NCBI GenBank assembly: GCA_046590205.1
Contig: JBKJTT010000088.1
Span: forward strand, 733 to 64,732
Direction: 5' to 3'
Origin: Candidatus Kapaibacterium sp.
Lineage (GTDB): Bacteria > Bacteroidota > Ignavibacteria > Palsa-1295
DNA length: 64,000 nt
Shown one piece after another: positions 18,314-28,243 of the stretch (the first letter of the stretch is position 1; each line of letters starts with the position of its first letter). The translations under genes were made by a program, and so were the position numbers. The notes under the pieces are model-generated. The model saw only the letters and a program-made list of their open reading frames with translations, did not search any database and was not told the DNA's origin.

Positions 18314-19270
18314 ATGACAAAAGACCAGCTTCTATTCGCCTATAAGAACATGCTCTATGCGCGTGAGTTCGATAACGCGCTTATTAATCTTTACCGTCAG
18401 TCGAAGATAGTCGGTGGTGTGTATTCGCAGTATGGTAACGAAGCTACTGCCGTCGGGACGGCAATGGCTCTGACAATGGACGATGTGCTCTTCCCGATGC
18501 ACCGCGATAACGGAGCGCATTTTGTACGGGGACTTACTCCCGAAGAGATGGCAGTGAATTTCCTATTCCGCAAAGGTGCAATGACGCGGGGCACTGACGG
18601 TACAGGACATTATGCCGACCCGAAACGAAAGATATATGGCAACGTGTCGCATCTTGGTGCAATGGTGCCGCTTGCATGTGGTGCGGCGTTGGCGCAGAAG
18701 ATGTCGGGCACGAAGAATGTTGCGCTTAACTATATCGGTGATGGTGGCGCATCGGTCGGGGAAGTGCATGAAGGACTAATGATGGCTTCGACGCTCGTTC
18801 TGCCGTTCATCCTCATCATCGAGAATAATCAGTACGCATATTCAACGCCAGTCGTAAAGCAATCACATAATCCAAAGTATTCCGACCGCGCTATCGGTTA
18901 CGGCATCCCCGGCGAGACGGTTGATGGCACCGATATAGAAGCTGTCTATGATGCAACCATGCGCGCAGTAGAGCATGCCAGAGCAGGCAAGGGGGCATCT
19001 ATCATCGAATGCGTTACAATGCGTATGCGCGGACATGCCGAGCACGACCCGTTCGATTACGTCCCCAAAGAACAACTCGAAGAATGGGCAAAGAAGGACC
19101 CCGTCGCGAGAACCCGTGCACTCCTCCTGAAAAAGAAAGCCACAGAGAAAGAACTCCTCGCACTTGAGCAAACCTGCAAACAAGAAATAGAAGAAGCCGT
19201 GAACTACGCCAACACATTACCCCCGCCCGATGACGAAGAGGCATTCAGGAATGTGTTTGTGGGGGAGTGA
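18314..19270 (+). CDS. Thiamine-diphosphate-dependent 2-oxoacid dehydrogenase E1 component alpha subunit (PDH/BCKDH/acetoin-DH E1-alpha family)
   Basis: TPP-binding region GDGGASVGEVHEGLMMAS...IIENNQYA; typical E1-alpha N-terminus YRQSKIVGGVYSQYGNEA. No E1-beta gene is adjacent. Confidence 0.85.
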   Translation: MTKDQLLFAYKNMLYAREFDNALINLYRQSKIVGGVYSQYGNEATAVGTAMALTMDDVLFPMHRDNGAHFVRGLTPEEMAVNFLFRKGAMTRGTDGTGHYADPKRKIYGNVSHLGAMVPLACGAALAQKMSGTKNVALNYIGDGGASVGEVHEGLMMASTLVLPFILIIENNQYAYSTPVVKQSHNPKYSDRAIGYGIPGETVDGTDIEAVYDATMRAVEHARAGKGASIIECVTMRMRGHAEHDPFDYVPKEQLEEWAKKDPVARTRALLLKKKATEKELLALEQTCKQEIEEAVNYANTLPPPDDEEAFRNVFVGE

Positions 19271-19316
19271 GGAGTAGCAATACAGTATACAGTACTTGGG
19301 GTATTACTCGCATTGA

Positions 19317-21425
19317 CTATTTAGTAAGTATAATGGGTTTTGCTAGGATATCATCCTGTAGAAACAATCTACAGATATAAATACCCGGTGTTTCATCCTT
19401 TGCATCCCATTCAATAGATTGCATTCCCAAATCATAGAACTTGCCTGTAGCAAGTGTAGCAATCTCTTTCCCAAGAGCATTAAATATCTTAATAGTTATT
19501 TGTTGTGGCTTTACCAAGGAGAAATTAATAATAGTTTTTTGCACAAAGGGATTAGGATAGTTATTCCCAATCTGTGCGGACGGAAGCAAAAGTTGATTTT
19601 TATTAACATTGACCTCTGCAAGTGGTCTTCTCCAAATTCCAGACCCATTAGTCCCAGCAAATAAATTTGATCCATCTAAAAATAATGATAAAATACCAGC
19701 CTTTGTATCTAACCCGGTGTTAATATATGTCCATTGTGTATCATTTAAACTCATTTTATACACTCCGTTTATAGTACTAGCAAAGATAATTGTATCATAT
19801 GCGATCAATGAGTAACATGGATTCGGACAACCACGACCAGTATAAATCCATGTATCACCATCGTCACTTGAACGGAAAATACCATCATCTCTGGATACAA
19901 AAAGGTAGGGGTCATTAAACACCAGTCCATTCGCTTTTGTTGGGTAATGCCAGTACCTATCCATAGAAGTTAGGCCCCAGCTCTCACCATTATTTGTTGA
20001 TCGAAACACACCACCATGATTAGAGTTTGCAAAAATCATTGTTCCTTTAAAAGCGAACGAGTTGAATGAATTGTCTTTAGTTGTAGGAGCTACTATTTGA
20101 TTTTGCCACGACTGGCCATTATCGTTCGACCGAAATATTACCCCATTTTCGTTCCTTGAAATACTATCAAGAATTCGAGTGCCTACCCATAGTACATTGT
20201 TTTCCGCACCAATGCTAGTAACTATATACTTGCTAGGAAGTATCTGAACCCAACTTTCGCCCGCATCTTTTGATTGGAACAGCCCACTATTGGTGCCTGC
20301 ATACAGAATTGTGTCTAATGCACCAATCACATTCACGTTAAGGTCGCTCCTCCCGATATTAAGTTTACTCCAGATGAAGCCGTTATCTTCAGATCGTTTA
20401 ATAGCTCCTTTATCTGAACAGGCAAACAAATACTTCCCAATTTTAGAGAATCCGTAAATAGGTTCAGTTTGAAGTGAAGGTGTCCATGATGAACCCATAT
20501 TCGTAGTAAAGTAACTACCGTCTTTACCGGTTACAAAGAGATGTTCTCCAATAACAACAGAACTTGGATACTTATATAAGGGAAAATTCAGTTCAATTTT
20601 TTCCCAAGAAGTCCCGTAGTCTCGTGATAGATGAGCAGCACCATATGCTCCTGTTTCAAAACTAAACAGGACAGTGTCGAGAACCGACATTGAGAAAGGA
20701 AATACACTTTTCGCTGTAAGTGTCCAAGTAACTCCATTATCAAGTGATCTATGAAACAAGTGTTGAGGTGAGCCGGCAAATAGGATTGAGTCGATGTGCT
20801 CGAATACTCTAGTATATCCGTGATAACCGTCTCTATCTACAAGATTTGAACTGGTTTTCGTCCAACTTTTTCCGCTATCATCTGATCTGAATATGCCTTT
20901 GACTGTTCCAGCAATTACGAAGGATGCAAAGTTAAACAAACAGTAGACTAAATTACTGTCAGGTGCTCCGGTAGAAGAATTGATCCAACTATTACCTTTA
21001 TTTGTGGAAAGGAAAAACCCTCTGTAACTTCCTCCGATTATTGTCGAGTCGATTGAAACAAAGCAACTAATACCGGAGGTAATACCATTGTCTGAATCTA
21101 TCCAACTTATTCCATTGTCAGTTGTACGGATAACCCCATTCCTATTTGCTGCAAATAAAGCATTATCCAGAGTACCAAATTCCATATTCCACCATTGCGT
21201 TGAAGTATTGCTATCAGTGACACTTGTATTAATAACTACCCAAGTTTTCCCTGTATCACTTGAGCGTAATATACCATCAGTAGGTGAATATACGTATAGG
21301 TCTGATCCGAGTACACCTATTTTGTCGGTAATACAATGTGGTTCTTCTACTCGCCTCCATTGCGAATAGACATCCGCTCCTACAAGAAGTATGAAAAGTA
21401 TAATAAATGCTACCCGAGTTTTCAT
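19317..21425 (-). CDS. BNR/Asp-box repeat beta-propeller protein with T9SS C-terminal sorting domain
   Basis: At least 12 S-x-D-x-G-x-(T/S)-W repeats (SSDTGKTW, TTDNGISW, STNKGNSW, SDDSGKSW, SLDNGVTW, SRDYGTSW, TTNMGSSW, SEDNGFIW, SKDAGESW, SNDNGQSW, STNNGESW, SSDDGDTW); signal peptide; C-terminal NNYPNPFVQKTIINFSL...GIYICRL...IILTK is a T9SS CTD. Confidence 0.85.
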   Translation of the reverse strand: MKTRVAFIILFILLVGADVYSQWRRVEEPHCITDKIGVLGSDLYVYSPTDGILRSSDTGKTWVVINTSVTDSNTSTQWWNMEFGTLDNALFAANRNGVIRTTDNGISWIDSDNGITSGISCFVSIDSTIIGGSYRGFFLSTNKGNSWINSSTGAPDSNLVYCLFNFASFVIAGTVKGIFRSDDSGKSWTKTSSNLVDRDGYHGYTRVFEHIDSILFAGSPQHLFHRSLDNGVTWTLTAKSVFPFSMSVLDTVLFSFETGAYGAAHLSRDYGTSWEKIELNFPLYKYPSSVVIGEHLFVTGKDGSYFTTNMGSSWTPSLQTEPIYGFSKIGKYLFACSDKGAIKRSEDNGFIWSKLNIGRSDLNVNVIGALDTILYAGTNSGLFQSKDAGESWVQILPSKYIVTSIGAENNVLWVGTRILDSISRNENGVIFRSNDNGQSWQNQIVAPTTKDNSFNSFAFKGTMIFANSNHGGVFRSTNNGESWGLTSMDRYWHYPTKANGLVFNDPYLFVSRDDGIFRSSDDGDTWIYTGRGCPNPCYSLIAYDTIIFASTINGVYKMSLNDTQWTYINTGLDTKAGILSLFLDGSNLFAGTNGSGIWRRPLAEVNVNKNQLLLPSAQIGNNYPNPFVQKTIINFSLVKPQQITIKIFNALGKEIATLATGKFYDLGMQSIEWDAKDETPGIYICRLFLQDDILAKPIILTK

Positions 21426-21922
21426 AACCTTCTCCTTATTCTTTCTTGAAAATTCTATTTTTTGACGATTATCTTTACCCTATAAATTATAACTTCTTAA
21501 ATCCAACCAAACATCAGTTAGTAATGATTCCTGAAGTGAGCAAATTGAAGTATATTATAAGTGCCCATGAAAAACAGCGAAACTAGCACAGAAATTCAAT
21601 GTGGATAAAATGTGAACAGTGTAACATATTCATATAAAACAAGTTAGCATGTCAAGTGTGATTTTACATACGCAGGCACCTTGTTTTGACCTTCAAAATT
21701 TCGTATCTTTGTATGTAAAAGTTTGTGAATCCTTCCCGAGCGCATATCCAAACCACCTCCGTTTTCAAATGTGTAAATTTATGACACCTATCCTTTATTG
21801 CAAGATTTCTGTAAATACAGCAATCAGATCCTTCGGCTATCGCCTCAGGATGGATGGAGTGTGGTGCACAATTAGAGTGATGAAAACAAATAGGTTACAG
21901 AGCAAGAATCAGCAAATTACGC

Positions 21923-22828
21923 CTAACTTACGAGTTCAAAAACACCCTTCATAACCGTATTCCTTCCAGCCCAATGATTAGCTGATCCGATGGCATCGGC
22001 GGTTGAAGCGCCGAGAACCTGCTCGAGGAGATAGACTGCGCCGAAGACATCACCGGAGCCGGTGGTGTCGATTGTGGCTACTTTCTCCGTCGGGACGATA
22101 TGCTTCTCGCTTCGGGTGATATTGTAGCCGAGAGTGTCCTTCTCGCCACGAGTGAGGATGACGGTTCTTTCGGTATTATCATTTTTCGATTGGTGGCGAA
22201 TCTGAGAAATATACGGCTCTGAACCTGCAGGAGGGAAGAACAGGGCTTCCTTCTCGTTGAGCTGGACGGAGTTTGCCGCCAACGCCCAACGATGCCAGTC
22301 AGTGACAGGAGCGAATCTTCTGCCACTCTCGGATAACTTTCCTAAGGTTAACGCATGAACATCAAGATGAATATAAGCCGAGGTTTTGGAACGAAGCCAT
22401 TCCATAGTGTCTATAGAAATATCATATCCCGAAATCATATTGACAAAAAGTCCATCGAGCGAAGAAAGAACATCTGTCGCAAGATGCTCTGGTGTTACTT
22501 CGGGGAGAATAACGCTGCAAACCTCTTTCCTCTTACCTTCATCCTGATAGATGAGTTGGACACGGTTGGTCGTAGCGTCTTTGCTGCGAGGAGTATGGGA
22601 GAAATCAAAATGTTCGAGCTTTGTAAAGAACGGCTCAAGAAACTCCAAGTCACGCTCTGCAATGATGGTGAAGGGGAAGAAGGTAACATCAAGGTTATTC
22701 TCCCTTGCGATACGCTCCAGAACGGCATAGGAATACAATATACCTCCAAGCGAGAACCCTGTCACCTCGCCAGAAGGAGAGATTATCTCATCAATACACG
22801 GCGCACCGATAATGCCTATCTTTTTCAT
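21923..22828 (-). CDS. PfkB-family carbohydrate/nucleoside kinase (ribokinase-like)
   Basis: C-terminal anion-hole motif DTTGSGDVFGAVYL; the N-terminal MKKIGIIGAPCIDEI is typical of ribokinase-like kinases. Confidence 0.85.
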   Translation of the reverse strand: MKKIGIIGAPCIDEIISPSGEVTGFSLGGILYSYAVLERIARENNLDVTFFPFTIIAERDLEFLEPFFTKLEHFDFSHTPRSKDATTNRVQLIYQDEGKRKEVCSVILPEVTPEHLATDVLSSLDGLFVNMISGYDISIDTMEWLRSKTSAYIHLDVHALTLGKLSESGRRFAPVTDWHRWALAANSVQLNEKEALFFPPAGSEPYISQIRHQSKNDNTERTVILTRGEKDTLGYNITRSEKHIVPTEKVATIDTTGSGDVFGAVYLLEQVLGASTADAIGSANHWAGRNTVMKGVFELVS

Positions 22829-22895
22829 TGGCTTGGAAAAGAAAAATTACGGCTTTAAGTTCAGGGAGATTTGACTGACAAATTCACAAAAACTT

Positions 22896-24284
22896 GTGTT
22901 AAAAAGACTTATGAAGCAAAAGATACGTATTGCCTCCGGGCAGGGATTTTGGGGTGACTTACCGACCGCTCCGATAGATCAGGTCAAGCTTGCAAGCGAT
23001 AAGTCGCCGATAGATTACATGATGATGGATTACCTCGCCGAGGTAACAATGTCTATCATGCAAAAGCAAAAGCTCCGCGACCCGAACGCAGGGTACGCCA
23101 AAGACCTTGTCGAAGTCATTGATGCTATCCTTCCTGATATTGTCGCAAAGAATATCAAGGTCATTACCAATGGCGGCGGTGTTAATCCCGAAGCATGTCG
23201 TGATGCAATTTTTGCTGTTGCTAAAAAGCGTGGTATCAAGATAAAGGTCGGTGTCGTTCTCGGAGATAACATTCTTGACTCGATTGACTCTATCAACGCC
23301 GCAGGCCATCCATTGAAAAATATGGAGACAGGCGAATCTCTCAAGGAAGTTAAAGATAAAGTACTAAGCGCGAATGTCTATTTCGGCGCAATGCCTATTG
23401 TCGAGTGTTTGAGACAAGGAGCTCAGATAGTCGTTACGGGGCGTACTACTGATACAGGGCTAACGCTTGCTCCTATGATACATGAATTTGGCTGGTCACC
23501 TGATGATTGGGATAAGATGGCGGCAGGGACAGTTGCTGGACACATCCTCGAATGCGGCGCACAAAGCTCCGGCGGAAACTTCTCCGGCGATTGGAAGAAG
23601 GTCAAAGATTTTGCAAATATCGGCTTCCCGATTGCTGAAGCATATCCAAATGGTGAGTTTATTATTACCAAACATCCGAAGACCGGCGGCATTGTCAGTC
23701 GCGGATCGATCGCTGAGCAGCTTCTTTATGAAATTGGCGATCCGAAGGAATACATTACGCCTGATTGCATCGCAGATTTTACATCCATCCAGCTTGAAGA
23801 CCTCGGGAAAGATAAAGTAAAGGTTTTTGGCATCAAAGGCAGACCTGCAACGGAGTTTTACAAAGTCTCAATGTCATATAATGACGGATTTTCCGCCGCA
23901 GGGACATTAACCTACACATGGCCCGATGCTATGGAAAAGGCAAGAATAGCTGACAAGATACTTCGCTCGCGACTTACGAAGGCGGGTTGTGTTTACCAAG
24001 AGATGAGAACTGAATACTTGGGATACAACTCCTGTCATGGGGCACTGACGAACACGAAAGAATCGGATGTCGAGGAAGTCGTTGTGAAGTTCGCCGTTAG
24101 AGGGCAGGATAAACGCTCGATTGTCGAGTTTGGCAAACATATAGCGCCGCTCATCCTGACCGGTCCGCCAAGCGTAACCGGCTTTGCGGGAGGCAGACCG
24201 AAGCCGAGTGATGTTGTAGCATACTGGCCGGCATTACTCAAAAAAACAGCTGTTACACCACGAGTTATTGTAGATGAAGTCTGA
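22896..24284 (+). CDS. DUF1446 / AtuA-like (acyclic terpene utilisation family) protein
   Basis: The N-terminal IRIASGQGFWGD and overall length (~460 aa) match the AtuA/DUF1446 family; the 1-nt start/stop overlap with the next gene (TGATG) is the canonical partner arrangement. Confidence 0.75.
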   Translation: MLKRLMKQKIRIASGQGFWGDLPTAPIDQVKLASDKSPIDYMMMDYLAEVTMSIMQKQKLRDPNAGYAKDLVEVIDAILPDIVAKNIKVITNGGGVNPEACRDAIFAVAKKRGIKIKVGVVLGDNILDSIDSINAAGHPLKNMETGESLKEVKDKVLSANVYFGAMPIVECLRQGAQIVVTGRTTDTGLTLAPMIHEFGWSPDDWDKMAAGTVAGHILECGAQSSGGNFSGDWKKVKDFANIGFPIAEAYPNGEFIITKHPKTGGIVSRGSIAEQLLYEIGDPKEYITPDCIADFTSIQLEDLGKDKVKVFGIKGRPATEFYKVSMSYNDGFSAAGTLTYTWPDAMEKARIADKILRSRLTKAGCVYQEMRTEYLGYNSCHGALTNTKESDVEEVVVKFAVRGQDKRSIVEFGKHIAPLILTGPPSVTGFAGGRPKPSDVVAYWPALLKKTAVTPRVIVDEV

Positions 24285-24634
24285 TGAAAGTACAACTCTT
24301 AGATATATGTCATGCTCGCTCCGGCGATAAAGGCGATGCAGCGAATGTCGGGCTGATATGCCGTGATGAGAAGTTCTATCCTATTATAAAAAAGCAAGTT
24401 ACCTCGGCTGTAGTAAAAAAACACTTCAAGGGAATTTGCGAAGGAAAAGTCGAGCGTTTCGAGCTTCCGAACCTATGGGCATTGAACTTCCTGCTTCATG
24501 AGACTCTCGGCGGCGGGGGTACTGTGAGTTTGAAGCAAGATGCTCAAGGCAAGACCCTTGCTTCGGCGATGTTACGAATGAAGATAGATGTTCCACCGTC
24601 ACTGATGAAATCCAAAGCAAAGAAAAAGAAGTGA
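24284..24634 (+). CDS. DUF4387-like small protein (usual partner of DUF1446/AtuA)
   Basis: 116 aa, MKVQLLDICHARSGDKGD..., immediately downstream of and overlapping the AtuA-like gene, as in conserved DUF1446-DUF4387 pairs; Lys-rich tail. Confidence 0.65.
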   Translation: MKVQLLDICHARSGDKGDAANVGLICRDEKFYPIIKKQVTSAVVKKHFKGICEGKVERFELPNLWALNFLLHETLGGGGTVSLKQDAQGKTLASAMLRMKIDVPPSLMKSKAKKKK

Positions 24635-25548
24635 AGCAGCTCTTAGCACTTATTTTCTTCGCTCTTGTTGCTGCAGGTTGTTCGCAAGACCCTCCGGTTG
24701 TACCCCCTGTGGATACTGCGGCAACGGTAAATTACCGCATTGTTGCAAGAAATATCATCCCGCTACGAACAGGAGAGTACTACTCCCTTTGGGTGAAGGA
24801 AGCACCTGATTCAGTGTATAGATTCATTTCTGATTCAGTGCTCCATGTTTATTATCCCTTTGATAGCTCACAGTATTTTGGTAAGTTTGATGTAAAGTAT
24901 TCAATTGATAGTTTGAAGGAAGTATTGTTGACTATAGAGCAGACAAAGAAGCCGGTAACTCCTGGACTGGTTGTCCTTCGTGGCACAATAGAAAAGCAGT
25001 TCAATTCAGTACTTGGTAAAGACAGCATCTATTCTGTACTTGGGAATGCCTCATTTGATTCGATGCTGAATACTTCGGGGATGCTGACATTTACTTCAAA
25101 ATCACCTGATCCTGAAGCTTATACGAAGGAATTTTACTTCCTTCGATTTGCAGGACCTACATTCGTACCGTCTATAGAATCATTGCCTCTGCCTCCTTTA
25201 GGGTGGAATTACGCAACATGGGCGTATGACAACGATTTTTTTCCACCGCATCAGTTTTTATACGGACTCTTTGACTCTGCACGAGGACATGACACAGATA
25301 GTACAAATGATGCCTACGAATTCCCCGGAGGTGCGAAGCCGCAGCCACAGGATGTTGGAAGTGGACTCATCATGGTAACACTTGAGCCTCGGTTTTATAG
25401 TAATAACTTACGATCAGTCGGTCCATCGCCATTTAGAGTACTGCAATTTGAACGACGAAAGTTCATTGTAGCCGATCAACCTTATGCGCTCACTAATGCG
25501 GCTGGTTTTTCGCTTCCGAGAATGTCCATCAGTTTTAAGAAAAAATAA
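24631..25548 (+). CDS. Hypothetical lipoprotein
   Basis: GTG start overlapping the upstream stop (GTGA); signal peptide ALIFFALVAAGCSQ with lipobox Cys; no recognisable domain. Confidence 0.65.
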   Translation: MKQLLALIFFALVAAGCSQDPPVVPPVDTAATVNYRIVARNIIPLRTGEYYSLWVKEAPDSVYRFISDSVLHVYYPFDSSQYFGKFDVKYSIDSLKEVLLTIEQTKKPVTPGLVVLRGTIEKQFNSVLGKDSIYSVLGNASFDSMLNTSGMLTFTSKSPDPEAYTKEFYFLRFAGPTFVPSIESLPLPPLGWNYATWAYDNDFFPPHQFLYGLFDSARGHDTDSTNDAYEFPGGAKPQPQDVGSGLIMVTLEPRFYSNNLRSVGPSPFRVLQFERRKFIVADQPYALTNAAGFSLPRMSISFKKK

Positions 25549-25627
25549 AGAAACAAGAAAACCTCGGCGCTCAAAGAAAAAAGAGGTATTTTCGCTAAAC
25601 AAACCTTGCCACCTAATATAGTTTCAT

Positions 25628-26317
25628 ATGGAACTGCTTTTTGAAGGTACACACGGAGAAGAAATATATGAACTTGGCACGATTTATTGTGTCGGTCGAA
25701 ACTATGTAGAGCACATCCACGAACTCGGCAATGAAGTCCCTACTGACCCTGTGGTATTTACAAAGCCGTTTTGCTCATTTCGTCAGGGCGCATACACTGC
25801 GATAGAGTATCCGCCGGATACCGATGCGCTTGAATATGAGGGCGAACTTGTTCTGCTCTTGAAGGGTAATGGTCGTAATATTCCTGCATTCAGCACTGCT
25901 GATATAATCGCGGGATATGCTATCGGTCTTGATCTGACACAGCGCGACAAACAAAATGAGGCAAAGAAGAAAGGGTTGCCGTGGACTTTATCAAAGGGTT
26001 TTGACGGCTCGGGGCAGATAAGTCACTTTCTTACCTATGACAATGTACCTTCATTCGATAAACTTGGGTTCTCTCTTTTTGTGAATGGTGAACTTCGCCA
26101 ACGTGCCTATACCAATCAAATGATATTCTCGCCGGAGATGATGGTAACGCACCTATCAAAAACATTGAGTATGAAGACAGGAGATATCCTTTTCACGGGC
26201 ACACCGGGTGGGACAGGGAAACTTGAAATTGGCGACAAGATATTTATGCAGTTGCACACACATAACCCGAATGAAATACTTCTTGATTTTCATGCTGAAG
26301 TAATACCTTGGCACTAA
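25628..26317 (+). CDS. Fumarylacetoacetate hydrolase (FAH) family protein (2-keto-4-pentenoate hydratase / HpcE-like)
   Basis: Motifs IYCVGRNYVEHIHELG, EGELVLLL, TGTPGG are typical of the FAH family. Confidence 0.85.
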   Translation: MELLFEGTHGEEIYELGTIYCVGRNYVEHIHELGNEVPTDPVVFTKPFCSFRQGAYTAIEYPPDTDALEYEGELVLLLKGNGRNIPAFSTADIIAGYAIGLDLTQRDKQNEAKKKGLPWTLSKGFDGSGQISHFLTYDNVPSFDKLGFSLFVNGELRQRAYTNQMIFSPEMMVTHLSKTLSMKTGDILFTGTPGGTGKLEIGDKIFMQLHTHNPNEILLDFHAEVIPWH

Positions 26318-26320
26318 CGC

Positions 26321-27427
26321 ATGAATAATGATGTCGTTCTCATACTTGCCGCTATCTACTTTATTGGCTTGTTATGCTACTTGCCGGGCGTGCTTCGAGC
26401 CATTTCATCAAATACTAAGGTTTTTGATAAGGACACATTGCCGTCAATTACAGTGCTTGTCTGTGCACGAAATGAGGAGAATTCCATTTTCAAATGTATT
26501 GCTTCACTTGCAGAACTTGATTATCCAAAAGAGAAAATCGAACTTCTGATCGTTAATGATCATTCGACTGACAGAACAGGAGAGATACTTGCCCAATGGG
26601 AAGCCAAACTTCCGAACCTTCACATACTTGAAACAACGGATTCTAATACCGGAATGCATGGCAAGGTCAATGCACTTATTCAAGGGTTTGATGTAGCAAC
26701 CGGTGAGATCGTGGTAATGACCGATGCTGACTGTGTCGTTCCGCGAGGTTGGGCAAAAGAATATGTGTCATGGTATGATAGTGATACAGGGATGGTTGCC
26801 AGCATAACATCCATAGAAGGAGGTAACATTTTTGATACTTGCCACTCTATAGAAATGGTGCAAGTACTTGCAATGGGAATGTCAGGTATCAACTACGGGA
26901 TACCTACATCCATCATTGGGAACAACTTTTCCATTCGTAAGTCAGTCTATGAAAAGATCGGCGGTTATCGAAATGTTGCATTTAGTGTAACTGAAGACCT
27001 CGCTCTTTTTCAGGCAGTATGGAATTCGGGGTGGAAGGTACGATCAAAAGCAAATGTGGAATTAGGTGTTACTACTGACCCCACACTCGACTACAAAACA
27101 TGGTGGCGTCAGAAACAAAGATGGGTACAAGGTGGGAAGTTGATCGGTATTCCAGGGTTAATAATTATTGGTATAGGGTTTATTGGTGCAGCTATGCTAC
27201 TATTACTCCCATTCACAAGTTCAGTAGTATTCGCAGTGATGATGTTTATGGTCAAGTGTGCAATAGATCTACTGATACTTGCTCCAACAATGACTGCTAT
27301 TGGAAAGCTTCGTTCACTTGTGTATCTGCCGCTCTACCAATTCTACCTTCTTTTCTTTTTGCTCTGCGTACCGATACTTTATTTTCAGCGTGACGTAAAG
27401 TGGAAAGGTCGTGTTTATCATTCGTAA
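26321..27427 (+). CDS. Processive family-2 glycosyltransferase (membrane-embedded, QxxRW type; PgaC/NodC/ceramide-glucosyltransferase-like)
   Basis: N-terminal TM; DHSTD, DAD (MTDADC), QKQRW motifs; three or more C-terminal TM helices. Confidence 0.85.
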   Translation: MNNDVVLILAAIYFIGLLCYLPGVLRAISSNTKVFDKDTLPSITVLVCARNEENSIFKCIASLAELDYPKEKIELLIVNDHSTDRTGEILAQWEAKLPNLHILETTDSNTGMHGKVNALIQGFDVATGEIVVMTDADCVVPRGWAKEYVSWYDSDTGMVASITSIEGGNIFDTCHSIEMVQVLAMGMSGINYGIPTSIIGNNFSIRKSVYEKIGGYRNVAFSVTEDLALFQAVWNSGWKVRSKANVELGVTTDPTLDYKTWWRQKQRWVQGGKLIGIPGLIIIGIGFIGAAMLLLLPFTSSVVFAVMMFMVKCAIDLLILAPTMTAIGKLRSLVYLPLYQFYLLFFLLCVPILYFQRDVKWKGRVYHS

Positions 27428-28239
27428 TGAAAAATATTTGTTTTGTTCTACTACTTTTGGTGGTTACAGCAACACCGCTATACTCTCAATCCGTTTGGAG
27501 ACCGCTCTTTGGCTCATTCCTTGAACCGAACCGTTTTACGACCTGCTATGATGCTGATGCAACACGCCTTCGCCTTGAAGCAGGTTTTGGCATGGAGTTC
27601 TTGAGATTTCCGAGTGTGGATTTCGGTGCCGAATGTTTTATCTGGAGTGGATTAAAAACATTGGAGGGCTTCCGTTTCCCCGTCGAGACTGCAGACTACT
27701 TCTTTGGCTTCAATGCTATCATACCTCAATTCTTATCAAGTCCGTATCTTGTCTCTCGTATCAGGTTGAGTCATATCTCAAGTCATTTAGTTGATGGTAC
27801 GCAGGATTCTGTTGTTGGTGGTTCATCAAGTCGATATAGTCGTGAGTTTATCTCATTTGAAACACAGTTGGTGCCACTGGCAGGTGAGTTACCTTTTCGA
27901 GGTTCTATCGGAGTCAAATATATCTTTCATCAAGTAACGAAGGTAGAACCGGCGATACAATTTCCTGTTACACTCGAATATAGATTGTTACGATGGGCAA
28001 CTACTACCTCTGATGCGCCAATACGCGGTGGCGAAGTATTTGCATCAGTCTCATCGGCAGGTGGCCCGCAATATCCGATCTTTACCGGTTCACTGGTGTT
28101 TCGTATGCAGCCAACGGCACAAACTGCAGTAGATATATATGGGCAGTATTTCGGCGGCGAAACGAAGTATGGAGTTGAAGGGGAGAGAACCCGTTCCGGC
28201 ATTGAAGTAGGACTACGATATTCAACAATCAGCTTTTAA
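27427..28239 (+). CDS. Predicted outer-membrane beta-barrel protein (hypothetical)
   Basis: Start overlaps the upstream stop (TAATG); signal peptide MKNICFVLLLLVVTATPLYSQ; alternating hydrophobic strands; C-terminal ...GIEVGLRYSTISF with terminal Phe, which is typical of OMPs. Confidence 0.7.
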   Translation: MKNICFVLLLLVVTATPLYSQSVWRPLFGSFLEPNRFTTCYDADATRLRLEAGFGMEFLRFPSVDFGAECFIWSGLKTLEGFRFPVETADYFFGFNAIIPQFLSSPYLVSRIRLSHISSHLVDGTQDSVVGGSSSRYSREFISFETQLVPLAGELPFRGSIGVKYIFHQVTKVEPAIQFPVTLEYRLLRWATTTSDAPIRGGEVFASVSSAGGPQYPIFTGSLVFRMQPTAQTAVDIYGQYFGGETKYGVEGERTRSGIEVGLRYSTISF

Positions 28240-28243
28240 TATA

